Source: Tubulanus polymorphus (lineage: Eukaryota; Animalia; Nemertea). From it: a stretch of 64,000 nucleotides of DNA. The stretch is from contig NC_134029.1 of NCBI RefSeq assembly GCF_964204645.1, positions 5,208,001 to 5,272,000 of the forward strand, written 5' to 3'. Below are positions 1 to 14,828 of this stretch, in pieces. A program made the position numbers and the translations under genes. Below the pieces are notes generated by a model. It searched no databases. It saw only the letters and a list, made by a program, of their open reading frames with translations, and was not told the origin of the DNA. Positions within the stretch are counted from its first letter, which is position 1. Each line of letters begins with the position of its first letter.

Positions 1-482
1 TATTCCGCCTTCCAAACGAATATTACGATTCATTATCTGTCGCCTGCAATTGAAATTAAAAATAGAAAGCAGGATTTTTTCCCATTTTGCGCTGGCCACC
101 TCGGCAAGAATCCATTATCTTTATTTCGGGTTACGATACACCGTTATGCGCATCGATAACAGATTACAATGACGTGAAACAAGTTTAAGCCCGATGTAAT
201 CGACTTACACATCAAGAGCTCTTTTTGAACCTTTTTTGACGCAGACATGCACACATATCGGCTCTACTGCTCCATAGTCCATTTCGCACTTCTCAACCAT
301 GATGCAGTCAGTATCGGCACGTCGGTTCATTATTTGACGAGACATAATCTGATGCTTTTGAAGATGTCTTTAAAGAAAAAAACGAAGTTAAGAGAGGAAG
401 GTAGTCAATGGTACGGTAGATCAATGATTAAGGTAGTGATAGATTGAAAGTAAGTATAAGATATGAGATTTTAAATGCATTG

Positions 483-751
483 CAGGGGTGGATCCAAGTG
501 GAGGGTGCAGGGATGCGCGCCCCTCCCTAAAACGTCAAGTTGCCCTGAAATTTAAAAAGATGAAAAATATCAACTATACAACACCAACTGACTCTTAAAA
601 AGTTTAAATCCATAAGCAAGTTTTCTGTACCTCCAAAAATGTGAGGTATGTGAGGTATTATGTTTACCGATGATCGGATGCCCTTTCAATTATATATGCT
701 ATATTTTGGGGTAGCACCCTTCCCTGAATCAGACCCTTAAATCCATCCCTG
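483..751. mobile_element. Non-autonomous TIR element (MITE)
   Basis: Imperfect inverted termini CAGGGGTGGAT...ATCCATCCCTG, flanked by a CATTG direct repeat at 478-482 and 752-756 (putative TSD). No ORF. Confidence 0.6.
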
Positions 752-3700
752 CATTGTTTTTTGAGGGCAAAATTCTACATTTTTAATAAGTTTTTTATGA
801 CTGTTGATGTTATCTCAATGTTGCAATCTGAACGAATCAATGTTTCGATAAAATATGAATAAATCATGGCGTCTAAAAGCTACGTTATTGTTATCCGTGG
901 TTTTATGTTTGATATCATACTATGATAAAATTTAGAAAAAAAATAGCAATTTGTTTCGTGTGAATTTCTACACACCACCTCGTATATAGTTTTCAGGCAC
1001 GCGAACTAAAACGCCTTGTCCTGAAATTTTTTTAAAGTGGCATTCGGAGTACGGAAAATTCAATCCTGTAGGAACAGAATGCTAGATATCAGATTTTGTG
1101 GCATTTCTCATCCCTAATCCGTTGAAATCGTACGCCCCACGTAAATTGTTTCACTTCGCATGTATTCTTAGTTTTGCAAGGACACGATTTTCTGTTAAAC
1201 GTTATACCGTCCCACATTGTCTCGGTAAAAGGAACCCTTATTTCGTACATTTCCGAAGTAACGCTTCTACAGTTACATACTACTATACAGGGTTTAGCTG
1301 TTTCAGATCAATTTATATGCAGATATCAACAAAAAAGTTTTCAATTCAATGATATCATCACAGTGTCACCTGAAAAAAACTTTCGATGCTGATTTCTCGT
1401 TTGACACTGCATCCAATTCCAGTAGTATTTTGCTCCTTGACTCGACACTCACGTCATCTATTGACTTAGTTCTATGTCGAGCAAAAAGTACTTAATGTAT
1501 TTCTGAAAGAATATTTCCCCGTTATTGGATTAGATTTTATGCGTGTACGCATCGACGTTATTTCATTTTGTATGACGACGAGCTAACCACGGTAATAATA
1601 GTTTTACGTGCGGAGGTAAAGTCTCTATCGATCCTGATAAACGAGAAAAAGTAAACAGATTTTGAAAACTTCTGTGGATCCTATAATAAACGAGAAAAGT
1701 GAGGAGACTCTTCTTCGAACTACCAAGTCTGTCTGAACATCTTCCTCAATATAAAAAAAAAAACAATCCTGACCTTTGAGGCGATTTACAAGCACGCCGA
1801 TAAGCAATTTGTTTATAAAAATTTTCAATTGGGAAAGTTCCCGAGCTATGAGAATATTTCGAAACTTGTTTTAGGTAAAGGAATGTGTAATTGGTATATT
1901 CCAAAGCTTGTATGGGAATCGATGTTCCGCAACTAAAAATTAGTGGAATAAATGCTGATAATCTGCTAGGAATCAATATCGATATCCTTCGTTAATTTAC
2001 TAAATTCAAAATGAATTGTAGAAAATAAATATTTGCATTGATGATCAAATTGAAGATTTGTACCATGTTTTACTGGTATGTCTACGCTACGCCAATATTA
2101 CAATTCATCCCTAGAAAGTATTTTGTACATGTATCTATGTCGTATTATGATCCGTATTATGTCATTTTTTCCTTTCCTATTCATTAATTCTGTAGAAAAT
2201 CTATATGAGAAAAAAACATATCACATCATGAAAAACGTGAAACTTCAATACTTACTGTGTATCGTCTGACAGATATGAACTGCAACTAACGCCAAGGAAT
2301 AAACCTGGAAAAAAATAATTCAGACCACTTAACACAACAAATACAATAAAAGGTTTAAGTACAGCAGATATATAATGGACGCGGCGAAATGGAAACCATA
2401 GATTTTTGTCGTATGATATGATTTATATGGAGTCATCGACAAACAGTGGTAAGACTTCACACTAAGAACCCATCCCAATCAGAGCTGCACCGTCGATATC
2501 TACGGATACCAGGATAACCTTCTCGTCTGGAAGATTTGCGTTTCGAAATATGCTTCTTTCTATAGTAGACAGATCTTGATCTAGTCAACGCGCGGGACAA
2601 ACAACATAGAAGACTTGTACGCCATCTACTTGAGAAAAAAACTACAAAAAGAGCTTTCGGATTATTTTGAAAAATAACAAGAACTAAGTAGATCATTGAA
2701 CTCATATTACACCGTTTAATACGCGTCTTTCATACAGAAATAACGTGTTGGGTTACATCAAAACATTCAAGGTGAATGGTTTGAGATGAGAAATAACAAA
2801 ATAATACAAATTCTGTGAACTTGCTTTTGAGAAAACCTAAGATTAATAGTTTTATGTATTGAATTATGCCAATATTAGAACAACAATAATATCCCTTACA
2901 TCGCTGATCTTTGATAGCGTATCATTTCACATAAGTTGCTGTTGAAACTTTACAACACACGCGTGGGACTAAGCTCGTTTTAGAATACACTGCGAGGAGC
3001 TACCGACGAGGGAGAACGATAGAAAGGATTGAAATATTGGTTATCCGAAGCATGAGTTTCTATTTACGTGATGATCTTGAAAAAGCGCATTACGGTGAAT
3101 TTGTCGTCTGCAGTTCGTGACAAAAACCGAACTGTAAAAATCCGCACCCGCACGACGAATCCTCTGCCTGCCAAGACACGAATATTTCACTTGGAAGATA
3201 ACCCCATAGGAGATATGGAACGTCACTTTTTATAGATCAAAGGGTTTTTGATCAAATAGACTTTAGCACTACAGGTTATGGTCTTCTTTACCTAAACAAC
3301 CGATCAATAGCTGAAATCGGAAACATCATTTACTGTCACAAATGAAAAAAATATTTCTCTAAACTCTTAAATAAAATTCTACGGTTCCATTAGAAATTCA
3401 AATTCATTTTTTCCACGATATTGTGACCTCAGACGTATGAATACGGAAAGTTAATTCTCTACAAATGCCAAATATTATTCACAATTATTGTAGCAATATA
3501 TTATGCGAGGAAAAGTCAAAGTAAGCTTTAACTAGTCGCAATCCTTCAGTCCATTGACCTTCACAAACACGCCTTCAATCATACTCATAAGCATTCAGTA
3601 CCAGACACATATCGTGCGAAGCAATAAGCACGTGAAGGATATCAATTAATTGTTCAAACCAAGGAATTAATGAAGACTATTTTATTTTACTATTCTAAGA

Positions 3701-5593
3701 ATAATTCTGCTTATTTTTTACTGTATGGGTTCCTCATGAATGTTTTATTGGTTTAACATAGATAATTCATGCATAAAAACGGTATGGGCGTGAAGCTTAC
3801 GGTACATCGATTATTCTGTTCACAAATTAACAGTTTCCTTACCCCGTTATTCATTACCCTAAGGCTTATCGCGTTATGCCATTTTGCGGTAGAATTGAAA
3901 ATGTACGCGGTAACGAAAACGATTATTCGTTTGTGAACATTTTTGCTCTCTGTTCGCCGTGGCCTACACATCTCGGACCAGCTCGTTCAACATGAATTAT
4001 GGAGCAAACTAGATAATCTACTTTGATGTAATTTTATTTTTAGGGAAAACTCCATCGAAAAACGCCAGCCGCCGACCGATGAAATGGAAGATACATTTGC
4101 GTTGCAAATGGATTTGTCTTGCATTTTTGTATCGACGCGCAAGTAAACCCATCTCATAAACACAAGGACATTTCAAAACTATGCCGGTTTGTCTACCATA
4201 ATTTCTTAGAACCCACGAATAGTCGAGGGCAGATAGTAAACTATTTGATTAATGTTCGACATTTGGGATTTAAGAGGTTTGGCTTAATACGTCGATCGGC
4301 CATGGATTCAATATAGCCATAGAGGCCGATAATCCACCCCCTCCTGATATTATCAAATGAAATACAGTTAGCTCTCCCTCTAATCACACAAAATATCAAA
4401 AAGGAGAAAAGAAAACACTTAAGTATTCCTTCAATTTATTAATGAATAGCTCTTCTAAATAGCTCCTATAAATGTAGCTGCAGGATGAGAGATTTCTAGG
4501 GATATTTAACAATTAAGAGAGTGAAATGATTATTGACAATAAATTACTTTCAAAAAGAAATTAAAGGCGCTTGTCGCCACTTTATTCTTGATAATGTTTT
4601 TTTTCAGCCTTCCAAGAGAAATTTCCCTGAAATCACGCTCCAAACTCATGACAATAACCGACTTCCATTTAGAGAAGATTTTTAGATAATTCAATGATAA
4701 TATTTTATGACAACCTTTCCTCTTGTCTCTAACCTTATCACTCCGCAGAGACCAACTCGGCTTCTGCTAAATAATTTAGACTTAAGTTTCCGTCGAAAGA
4801 CACGTTGCATAGAAATACGTCTTTTTTCGGTTACGTGGGCGTCTTTAGCAGGTATGGATACCTGAATATAACATTTGATAAATGTTTTTGAAAACAAAAT
4901 TCTAGAATGGATCATATGATATAATTTTTCAATCGAATGAAAGAGCACACTGGATCGCCTGAACACGCGGTTTATACGTATATGTATATAGATATATCAT
5001 GTGAAAAAGACAAATCATTCTAGATGTTATTTTAATATTTGTTTTAATAGTCCGAGTTTCTGATAGCATCGCATACAACAGGCGAATTAAAACGATATAT
5101 CATTTCTGATTGTCTGATGAAATCAGTTAAACCATACAATACGAAAATCAGCTATGTCTTAAGTTCAAAAAAGTTGCAAAAATAGTCTGCATCAATCAGC
5201 GCATGTCTCGCTTCTCACTCGGTAAATATACTCTTTTATTACTCCAAAGTTATCTTATTCTTATTGAATGGGTTTTCTAAAAGTGCAGAAATCATGTTGT
5301 GTTGAAAACGACATCATTGATAGTGGATGCATTTTCCACTTGAATCAAATACAGACGAACCTGTTTCCATTTCGGATTAATTGGTTTGACTGTATACAAT
5401 TTCCTTTGCCGTCGTCCTTAAAATTTGATTTGACAGCTAAATCTAACCTTTTCCCGCTGCGTGTTTAAGAATATGTCAAAAGGAATATATCATCTTTTCT
5501 ATTGAAAAGAAATTATATACTCGCTTTTCATTAAAAACTGAAAGCATTCGTTCAGAACACTTAAAAAATGAAAAGAAAATAGCTTCAACTTAC

Positions 5594-5627
5594 CGGATAA
5601 AAAGATTAGATGAATGTAGGGATCCAT
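5594..5627 (-). CDS. Putative first coding exon (signal-peptide-like, MDPYIHLIFLS+G) of a gene continuing left of the window
   Basis: ATG at 5627, 11 mostly hydrophobic codons plus 1 nt, then a consensus donor G|GTAAGT (phase 1, common after signal-peptide exons). No downstream exon identified in the window. Confidence 0.35.
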
Positions 5628-7284
5628 TGAAAGTTTTTTTTTCTCGTTCAGTTTTAGACGACGAACAAGGAGGATATGACGTTCAAACCGGAGCCCAGAT
5701 TTTAGTGAACGTTATCTTATCGAATTAGATATGCGCGAGGATATTCTATCCGCCTCTTCACATAAAGCTAAGCCAACCAGAGATGTCGTGCAGTTTTAAG
5801 TCGTGAGAGAAGGGCAGGTGAATTAGGGAAACAATCTGCACCCGAACGACGACTTGAACGGTTTATTCAGTCACCGAAATCGGCGATAACAACTTCAGCA
5901 AACGCTGTTATGTGATCTCGAGGTAGGTTTTCGGATCATATGCTGTTCCGGTCAGTTTCAAAACCCGCGTCTATTCTGCGTATAGTAAGCTTCCAAAAGA
6001 CGCTCATGTCTCGAAAATTAATAATACAGAATCTTTTGAATTTTTGGGAAGCAATACTGAAAGTTCTCTCCGATTTCGCTTTGATGCTTGTGGCTACCAG
6101 TCAGACAAAATATCTTCGAAGCGCGCAGACATTAAATCGTAGTGAAATACGAGAAATGGGAGAAAGCCTTGAAAATACAATCCAAAGGCATTACACTTGA
6201 TACATCGTTCTGCGTATGTGAACAGCTCTTTCTCAATAACACTCGAATTTCGGGTTTCGTTCGCACTTGAAATATTATTCATCAAACGATAGATTCAATT
6301 AATGAGAAAGCATGTAAGAAATGTAATTCTATAGATTTATATTAAATTTGGCAGTGAAATGATAGAGCTGATCGCAATTTTCTACTTACCAGTTTCAAGA
6401 GTCGCAGCACCCATATGACATGAGCGAATGTCTATATGCATATTGCAGGTTCCAGGGGAAGTGTCTTTCGAGCATCCCCCCCCCTTAATAAAGTTTTCTT
6501 GTTGGCTAAAATTCTAAATCCAGAGTATCGGTGGGCAAGAGTACAAATTGGTACAAATACATAGAATGGTCAAAATCAGTGCCTAAATCGTTCACGACGC
6601 AATGAAAAAAACATTACAGTAGAACCCCCTCCTCCGGAAATCCTGGAAACGCGGCTGCTGGCCGTGATTTTGGCAATATTCAAAATAACCTCTCAACAAA
6701 AACCATACCACAGCGAAAAGTACGTCAACAGCGTACAATAAAATCAACAACGACGAATATCTTTACCTTTTTTTATCATATCATGAAAAAAACGTTTATT
6801 GATAATTTACGACTCGGTAAAACGACGATAGTATCTCATAATTGATTACACGTTACTCGTGCGTCTGGAACAAACACAATACGGAGAAAAATCAGAGATT
6901 AAAAAAAAAAAACATTCAGTAAAATATCAGTAGAATTCATGTTAAAGCTCGTCCTTAATTTATGGAAGCACCCGGTGTCCAAAAACGAGAAATAACGGTT
7001 TAGTCAGTACGAACAGAACGAGGCATCTTGAGGCCCTGCAACTGTCGGGAAAACAGAATGAGACGACGCTTATCAGGCGCGTGAGTTTAAAGTGGATCAT
7101 TTAGAAAAAAAAAAACTAATGCCATTCTCGAAAATCATGTGGTTTAGTAAAATGACAACGAAAAACCAAACCTTACTGATAAAAAAGAGAGGATTAATCA
7201 GCGACCGAAGTTTTACGGCATAAGTAATATGAAATATGGCATTATATACAAGACAAATGTATCGTAAGAAATTTGCGTACGTAC

Positions 7285-7287
<3 letters not shown>

Positions 7288-7316
<29 letters not shown>
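7288..7316. repeat. (TA)n microsatellite
   Basis: Read directly. Confidence 0.9.
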
Positions 7317-7318
<2 letters not shown>

Positions 7319-8983
7319 ATATATAATGCGTATAAACGATTATGTCATGGGTTTTTTGTGCAATAAATATACACTGAATGTGAATACATCCCCCGGCACA
7401 GCGCCAACTCGTTGATGTATAGGCCTATATTAGAAAATCTAATTAAACGTACCATGTTTCGTAAAGTTATTGTCGATACAGTACAGCCTTGTGGAACAAA
7501 CAGCATACATAACTGACCACCGACATTTTTTTCGACCGAAATAAAAATATTAGATTACGACATCATATCATATATCATATCGATCACACACATATTCAGG
7601 GTCATCAACGAAAGACAATTCCACGATATTTATGAAACTGACATTTGATACTGGCTTAAGCTATTGCTAACGAACGGATTTTCGTTGAAGTTAAGTTTTC
7701 GTTGTATACAACCGAGGATCCGCCACTCGACGCTTTAAGCAACAAATGATGTTGATCATTTCAATCAAGAACTATCACACGGTTTTCTTTAAGTACCGGT
7801 AGTGAAAATGCGTAAGGTTTCGAAGCCAATTCCGATCACATCTAACATAGAGCAGAACGGCGTACTTGACCTCGAGGAGACGTCAGAGCAATTTCGCATC
7901 GTGCGAAATTTCGTTGGCTTCTTATCGATGAATCTTATCTGACTTATCATATGATAAGTGGTCATTGAACCGTTAAGAAGCCAGTATGTATCTAAGGAGG
8001 CTACCTACTCCACAGTTCCACCGCTTCCCATTTATCAATATATACCTGGTATATATAGCATTTCACGAATAAGGCTTTATGTATTTTTATGCTAGGTATG
8101 ATACGAATTATAAGCAGCAAGGCCCAGTTGTACAGTCGGAATAAAATGGTGAAACCCCCATCAGCTTAAAGACTGGAATGTGATAGGAATTTGTCCAGTC
8201 CAAAGCACAACATTAGATTAGCACCACAGTTTTGATTAGTTCTACACATTTGCGACATACATTGCTAAATTACGTATTACAATTAATTCTACCGAAGATA
8301 GCAAAGCATAATACTAACTTCATCAAGGATGATCGGGGAGGCCTGATAGGAAAACCGAGTGATCATCGATGATATAATATTCCTAGATGTAAGTAACATA
8401 ATGATACCATTATGTCGACATAATCATCATTCGGGAAAGTCGAAGGGCAAATTTCACACGGTCTTTTCCCTCTCAACTGAGCTTCATAGAAGGCTGTCTG
8501 AATACCCAGTTCCCTTTATTCAGGAACGACGGCTGATATTTGACTAGGTAGGAAAAAACGTTGTCGCAAAAGACATAGCTAGAAGCGAGAAAAAAACTAA
8601 TGTAATATCGTCTTACTAAGTACAAAAACATGTACGATGATCACTGAGTGACAACAAGTGAAGCTTCCATTTTCTAATTGTCATACATTCAAGAGCATAG
8701 TATACGCACGCACATACATATAAAAATTTGATTAACATTAATTACCGAATATCTTGAAAATAACACAAATTCATATGTAACAACTTAAAAAAGCCATGCT
8801 TTCAATTCAACTAATTTTACATCACGATTAATGATTTGTCTTTACAGCTGTACAATATATAAATATACACGCGTATGATTAGGTAATCTACGTTTATCAT
8901 TCATTATTATTATGGCTCTAAAACTAAATCGATGAAAAAATAAATGCATTTTACCCGAAGAGTTTAAAAACATTCTAAACTGA

Positions 8984-8984
<1 letters not shown>

Positions 8985-9039
<55 letters not shown>

Positions 9040-9040
9040 C

Positions 9041-9112
<72 letters not shown>
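8985..9112. repeat. Compound (TA)n/(TACA)n microsatellite
   Basis: Read directly; it produces the spurious YIYI ORF. Confidence 0.95.
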
Positions 9113-9114
<2 letters not shown>

Positions 9115-9454
9115 ATACACACGTCGCAGAGAATACTGCTACACTGGCTAATATCCGATTACAATAACATCCAAGGGCCCAGTTCCAGACGCGGGGTGAA
9201 TTTGATTCTGGAAGTTAGTTCATTTTCATCATCGACAAAAATATCAATTACCGGTGTATTCAACTATAAGCACAAGTTGAATACAAATTGAAACTGTGGA
9301 AATGAAATAACCTGGACTTAAAGTGATTGTACTTCAGCTATCTATAGAATTCATGCACTCCGCAATACGATTCTGACCATAATCTCTGAGAATTCTTATT
9401 TCTAAAGCATTTAAATCGATGAAGAACTGTGTTAAAAAAATAACACAACAGCGC

Positions 9455-9707
9455 AAGCCAGCTTAACATGGCATTTAATCTGAAGGCTGGTGTCAAGATC
9501 AATGACTATAGAACCAATGAAAAGTGGTCTAAGACTGACCTTAAATGCAAGCCTTCGATGTGCAACAGGCCCCAGGGGCTGGTTGCATACTGGTGGCTTA
9601 AGTCCAAAAGAGGTCTTAAATCTTAAGATTGGTCTTAGATTGGCTATAGAACCAAGTTGCTCTTACACTGGTCTTAAGTTTAAGCCATGACTGAAACTGG
9701 CCCCAGG
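9455..9707. repeat. Two adjacent related MITE-like fragments with GGCCCC-type ends
   Basis: Shared CTATAGAACCAA and GGTCT(T)AAG segments; ends TGCAACAGGCCCC and TGAAACTGGCCCC resemble PIF/Harbinger-type MITE termini. Boundaries uncertain. Confidence 0.35.
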
Positions 9708-10823
9708 TTACATTTGAAATAGGCCTATTAGTAAATTGGAAATTTTCATTTATACATGATATGTTCATTCAATTGAAACTTATATCTAAGTCTTAATCAA
9801 TATTCAGAACACACATATAGCCACATTCATATTGTATAAAAAAAAGATTTCCAGTTGGCAATTTACAAATATTGAAAGCTTTCCGTGAAATCTCGATAGT
9901 CTAATGGTCAAATTTGACCTAGCACACCCGGCACTCCAAATTGAGATATGTAAATTTCCATACAGTAGTGACATCAGCTTTTAAACCATCAATAGCACAT
10001 TGTATATCAACTTAGAGTTGGTTAAATTCGAAATAAACAAAAAAAAAATAACAAAGTTTGTATCTCGTAAAATTTACGAGAAAAAAAAATAAAGAAGAAT
10101 GCGTAAAAAAGAATCAAGACCAACTCAACAATATCATCAGTTCAAAAAAGTCATAACATGACAGACATAGAGTTGATAAACATGGTAATTCTGAATCATT
10201 TATAAATGCAGGTATCAGATATAAATCAGCCCCTCAGATATTTGGTTCCAGGCTAGATTGATACCTACATTAAAACTGAAACATTATACTAAGGTCTGCA
10301 ATGTACAGTACCTATCAAAAGCTCTCATTAAGACTGAATTTATTTAATTCACTTTCGATATCGTTTTTCAATGAAAGTAAGATTGACTAGAATTTAACTG
10401 GTTTTTGTTTTTATCACAGTTTAATACTGTTTGTTGTCTTCGATACGAATCAGACCAGTATTTCACGAAATACACAGACCAGAGATGAGAAAATGAGAAG
10501 AGTAACGTTTCTACTGAGTAAAGAGTTTATCCAGCGAATTAAACGATGATTTGCGAAGAAGTTCATGAATAAATGACTATTACGATATACATCGAATAGA
10601 TTCCTAGGGGGGAAAAGTTTGCTCCCATTTTTTTTACAATATGTTCTTTCAGGCTCAAGTCCTACTTAAGTAAAGCCCTGTTTCCTCAAGACATCTTTGC
10701 TTGTAGGGTCAACGCAAGATTTCTTCTTAGCAAGCACTCCCACTATCAAGACATCTTATCCTTCTAAATTAAATTCACAGAGCTGTGGACAACACGAAAC
10801 ACATCGACTATTAAAACGTGTTC

Positions 10824-13800
10824 TTAAAGCATCTCGTGCATGACAGGATGTAATAACGACATATGTTCAGCTCCTTTGATCGGCAGTTTGTGGATGGAAT
10901 AATGATGTATCATTTCCGGTATACTCTTATACGGTTGACTGAACTGTCCGAGAATGTACGATCCCTCGCGACACACGATTTTCATGTGCATGAATCCACG
11001 GGCGCTCCTGAAATAATACGTAATAAAATATGTTGTAAGTGACCAGGTATTTCAAGGATATGCATTCCCTAATTATGTCTTCGTGTGGTCAAGGCTTCAG
11101 GTACACATGATACTTACTTGAGTGAGAGTGAAAAATCGTCTTTACTGCTTTCACTATTACGAACGAGATAACTGCCTTCTTTGTGCACTCTCAGCAGATT
11201 TTCAGCATCGACGCGACTGATTGAACCATGATACCACCTATACAGCGAGCAACACAAAGAAAATCAAGATTTACAACTCAATACGCAGACAATGCTTTAT
11301 AGGCATACCAACAATGATCAATAACTAGTTTTCATGCGTAATATACATCCAATCCTAGTTTCAACTTACTCTTGTTTCTTTAGAGGAAGATTAGGATCGA
11401 CTCTTTCACCGACTGACTTGCATGATTGTTCTACATTACGAGGTTTAGGTGGCGGTGGTGGCTGCTGAGGAGGTTCAGACATATGACCTCCTGCTACAAG
11501 AAAATTTAAGATTTTGTTATATCGGTAATAGATATTAAACCCGCATCAGTGTCATCTCAATTCTTATCTTATCCAGATATCAGTGAGGTTCCACCTATAC
11601 ATAAATGTATGTAAAATAATAATGATTAATTCAGATTTCTCATAAATCAAACAAATTTCATAGGTCCGAAATGATCTGGATGAAGTGGTTCTTTCAATAA
11701 TGAGACCTGGAACAAATACAGTAAACTCCGTCTAAATGGGTAGTGTTCGAGCTGTCTTCTTATGAGGTGAGAATCAGTTTTTCCAATGAGTTTCAATTAA
11801 AAGTCACTGACTCACGTGGTTTCTGAGTAAGGAGGCATTTACTGCATCTAAATAGAAAGATTTTCAGAACTGATATACTTTTACGCTCGTTTCAAGGGTA
11901 TAGTGTACTCACCAGACGTTGCTAATTGTTGAAAGACATTTTTCTTGTCCCACGGTTCGTCGTAATCTTCTTTCGGCGGTTGATTCCTCTTCGGTGGATT
12001 ACTGCGCGGTGGTTCGGGAGGTCTATCGCTGCCAGCGTTACGACTGCTAATCGCCGGCCGCTCCACCGGTTTCGAGGCTGACGGTCGCTCGGAGTTAGGC
12101 GGCGGCGGGGGAGGCGGATCTGTGGGAATATTACGCGCAGCGGGGATTGGTTGAGTAGGTACGGGAGGTGGAAGATCAACGGGAATGTTTGAAGGCGCCG
12201 ATGATGGTTGCGTTCGTTCTCGAGGAACAGGCGGAGGAACCGCCGTCTGACGCAGCTGCGAAGGCGGCGTCGCCTGTTGAGGGGGCAGCGAAGGAGGCGG
12301 TTGTGCCGGTAACTGCGGGGGTAACGAAGGCGGGGGTTGCGCCGGTACGGGAGGCGGACCCGAACCCACGCCCGCCTTATTTTCTGGAGACTTGAATTTC
12401 TTAAATTCCGTTTCCGGATCAAAACATAAAAATGTCCACGAATCGCTGCGACTCGCTTCGCGATTTTGAACGATGCCGCCTCGGTATCCGTTAAACGGGC
12501 CGTATCCGTACGACTCCGAACTACTGTCTCCGTCGACGAGGTTGTATTTTTCGCGTAGTTTTTTCTCGAGCGTGTCGTCGCGTTTTTTCGCTTTCACGCG
12601 CGTGTTTCCGGTGCTTTTCGACTCGCGTTCGTTCATCTGCTGTTGGCATTCGTCGCGTTCTTTCGCGTGTTTGTGATGGTGTCCCTCTTTACAGCGCACG
12701 CTCGGATCGAACTGAGTTTCCGCGTGTTTCACTTGCTTACCCTCATTCTGCTCGTGTTTACCCGCGTGTCGAACGCGATCCTGAGCCACCTCGTCTTTGC
12801 CTTTTCGCCGCGGTTTCGGCTGTGGTCGTTTTTTCCCGTCTTTATCTTTCGTCGGTTTAATGGGAGGTTTGTCGCGTGGCGTACGTTCTTTCGGTTCTTT
12901 AACGTCGACCGCGACTGGTTCTTCCTGGTAACGTTTCTCTTCCGTTTTACCTTTTGGTAAGAAGTCCTCCTGTCTGAGGAATCTCGGTCCACCCGCGGAT
13001 TGCTGTCCAGCAGCATCTTTATTAGCCTCGCGTACCGCCCGTTTAATACGACTTTCACCTCCTTTCGGTTTCTCTTTCTCCGCTTCAACTGCCGTGTCTT
13101 TCAACATGAAACTATCCCCATCCAACTGGCCGAATATCTCACCGACCAGCCCGCCCACATCATCCTGCACTTGTATTTGCTCTTCCGTCGCTGAAGTTCG
13201 CTTTTTCGCGGCGCGAAATTTACATTCGAGTTCCTCGGTTTTCGCGCGAAGATCCCACGGTTCTTCGTAATTGCCGGCGCTGAGATTCAAACCGTCGTCA
13301 TCGTCGTCGTCGTTCAGTAAACTCATATCTCTGCCAGCAGAGTCCGAATTTAAAGCGCTGTCCATCATTTTACATATATCCAACTCCATCTGACTCTCCT
13401 TCTCTCTCGCACCGGCTTCGGATCCTTGGTCGAAATGCATCGATTCGCTTTGCGCCATGTCTTTGATTTGAGTGACGAGGCGATTTTTGAACGACCACTC
13501 CCACGGGTCTTCGTAGTCCTCTTTCGGTCGTTCGTCGGCCGGATACTCGGAGAACTCTTCGAATCCGGCGACGTCGTCGAGGTCACAATCGAGAGGATCG
13601 TCGTACAGTTTTCCATCGTCATCTTCAGCATCTAAACTGTATTCTGCAAAACAGAAATACAATCGTCATTTTCAATTCCAGGGATGAGATGCTAGATTCG
13701 GAAATTTTTACATTTTTCCACTTTTTTTAACATTGCGTGTAATTGTTTACAAGTTGTAACAAAATGTAAATACCAATGACCCATCATCAAGTTTCTAGTT

Positions 13801-14828
13801 ATTTGCTTACTTCGTAGCTGTTGAACAGTGTTTTGTGCGTCATATGGTTCTGTATAAGAATCATCCCCGGATGATAAGAAATTCAGCTGAAATTCGCTAC
13901 TTTTGGCATCTAATGGTTCGCTATAGTCATCCAAGTACTGAAAAACATTTCACAAAAACACGGTTTAAATTAACTAGAATTTTGCAGTTCAGTTAATAAG
14001 TAAAGGTTAGGGTTTAGGATTATGTGGTGGTATTATCATTCAGGAAACTTAAGCTTTACGATTATAGGTTGGTAGGTAAGTATGGTAGGTATAATAGGCC
14101 TATGGGAAAATCAAGAAAATGTAACAACTTAAATTTATAATAATAAGGCCCTAATTATTTATACTATCCCAATAGGGTAGGGAATAGTACCAAGGCTTGT
14201 ATAAGTCTTTTAAGCCAATCAAATAATTAAACATGATTTATGGTGAAGCCAGCTGTTGTGGCCTCAGTTTTTAAAAAGTCAAAGTGATAGTGATAACGCC
14301 ATCCATGATATTCCAGTATTGGAATCAGCAATCATCAACTTTTAAGGCTCTAAATCAGGACATATATTTAATAAGTTTGACCCACTCAGTCTAGACAATT
14401 GCGGTCGATGACTCATGAAATAAATAATTGGAAAAGTTGAGATTTTGGCATAAACAATGATTACTCACTTTGTCTTTGCGAGCATTTTCGAACTCTCTGC
14501 TCTTCGCGACTGCAGCTGCAGCCAGACCAGCCGCTAGTTTTTCTCGATTTCTCGGAAATGTGTCTGAAAGGCACGTCTGAAAACTACTCAGTGTGTCGGT
14601 CGGGCTCGCGCCTGTCGGAGGAGAGCAATTGATATCCCCAGTGTCCCGTCTGAGTGGTAATCCCGGTGATGACGGGCTATCTAACCCACCCACGGCCCCC
14701 AATTCACGATCGATCAAATCTCCATCGTCGAAACTTTCTGTTGCCACGCCAAACCTTTTGTTGTAATCGCGTTTTGGCGGTGCCGGGGGAGCTTTTTTAC
14801 CCCCAAATTTCCTCAATAATTTCGCCAT
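10824..14828 (-). CDS. SH2 domain-containing adaptor of the SHB/SHD/SHE/SHF family, ~881 aa, 6 coding exons
   Basis: Exons 14828-14469, 13937-13811, 13643-11913, 11493-11370, 11237-11118 and 11007-10824 join in frame via GT-AG introns (2646 nt). C-terminal [29 protein letters not shown]...SYLVRNSES...GFMHMKI...[16 protein letters not shown] is the SHB-family SH2. Several YxxP motifs (YSEP, YTEP, YDDP, YEDPW, YEEPW, YDEPW). Confidence 0.92.

Noticed and set aside
11922-13635. Several alternative-frame and antisense ORFs over the large adaptor exon (similarly over the Roco and GPCR exons)
   Set aside because: Shadow ORFs of GC-richer coding sequence with no independent motifs.
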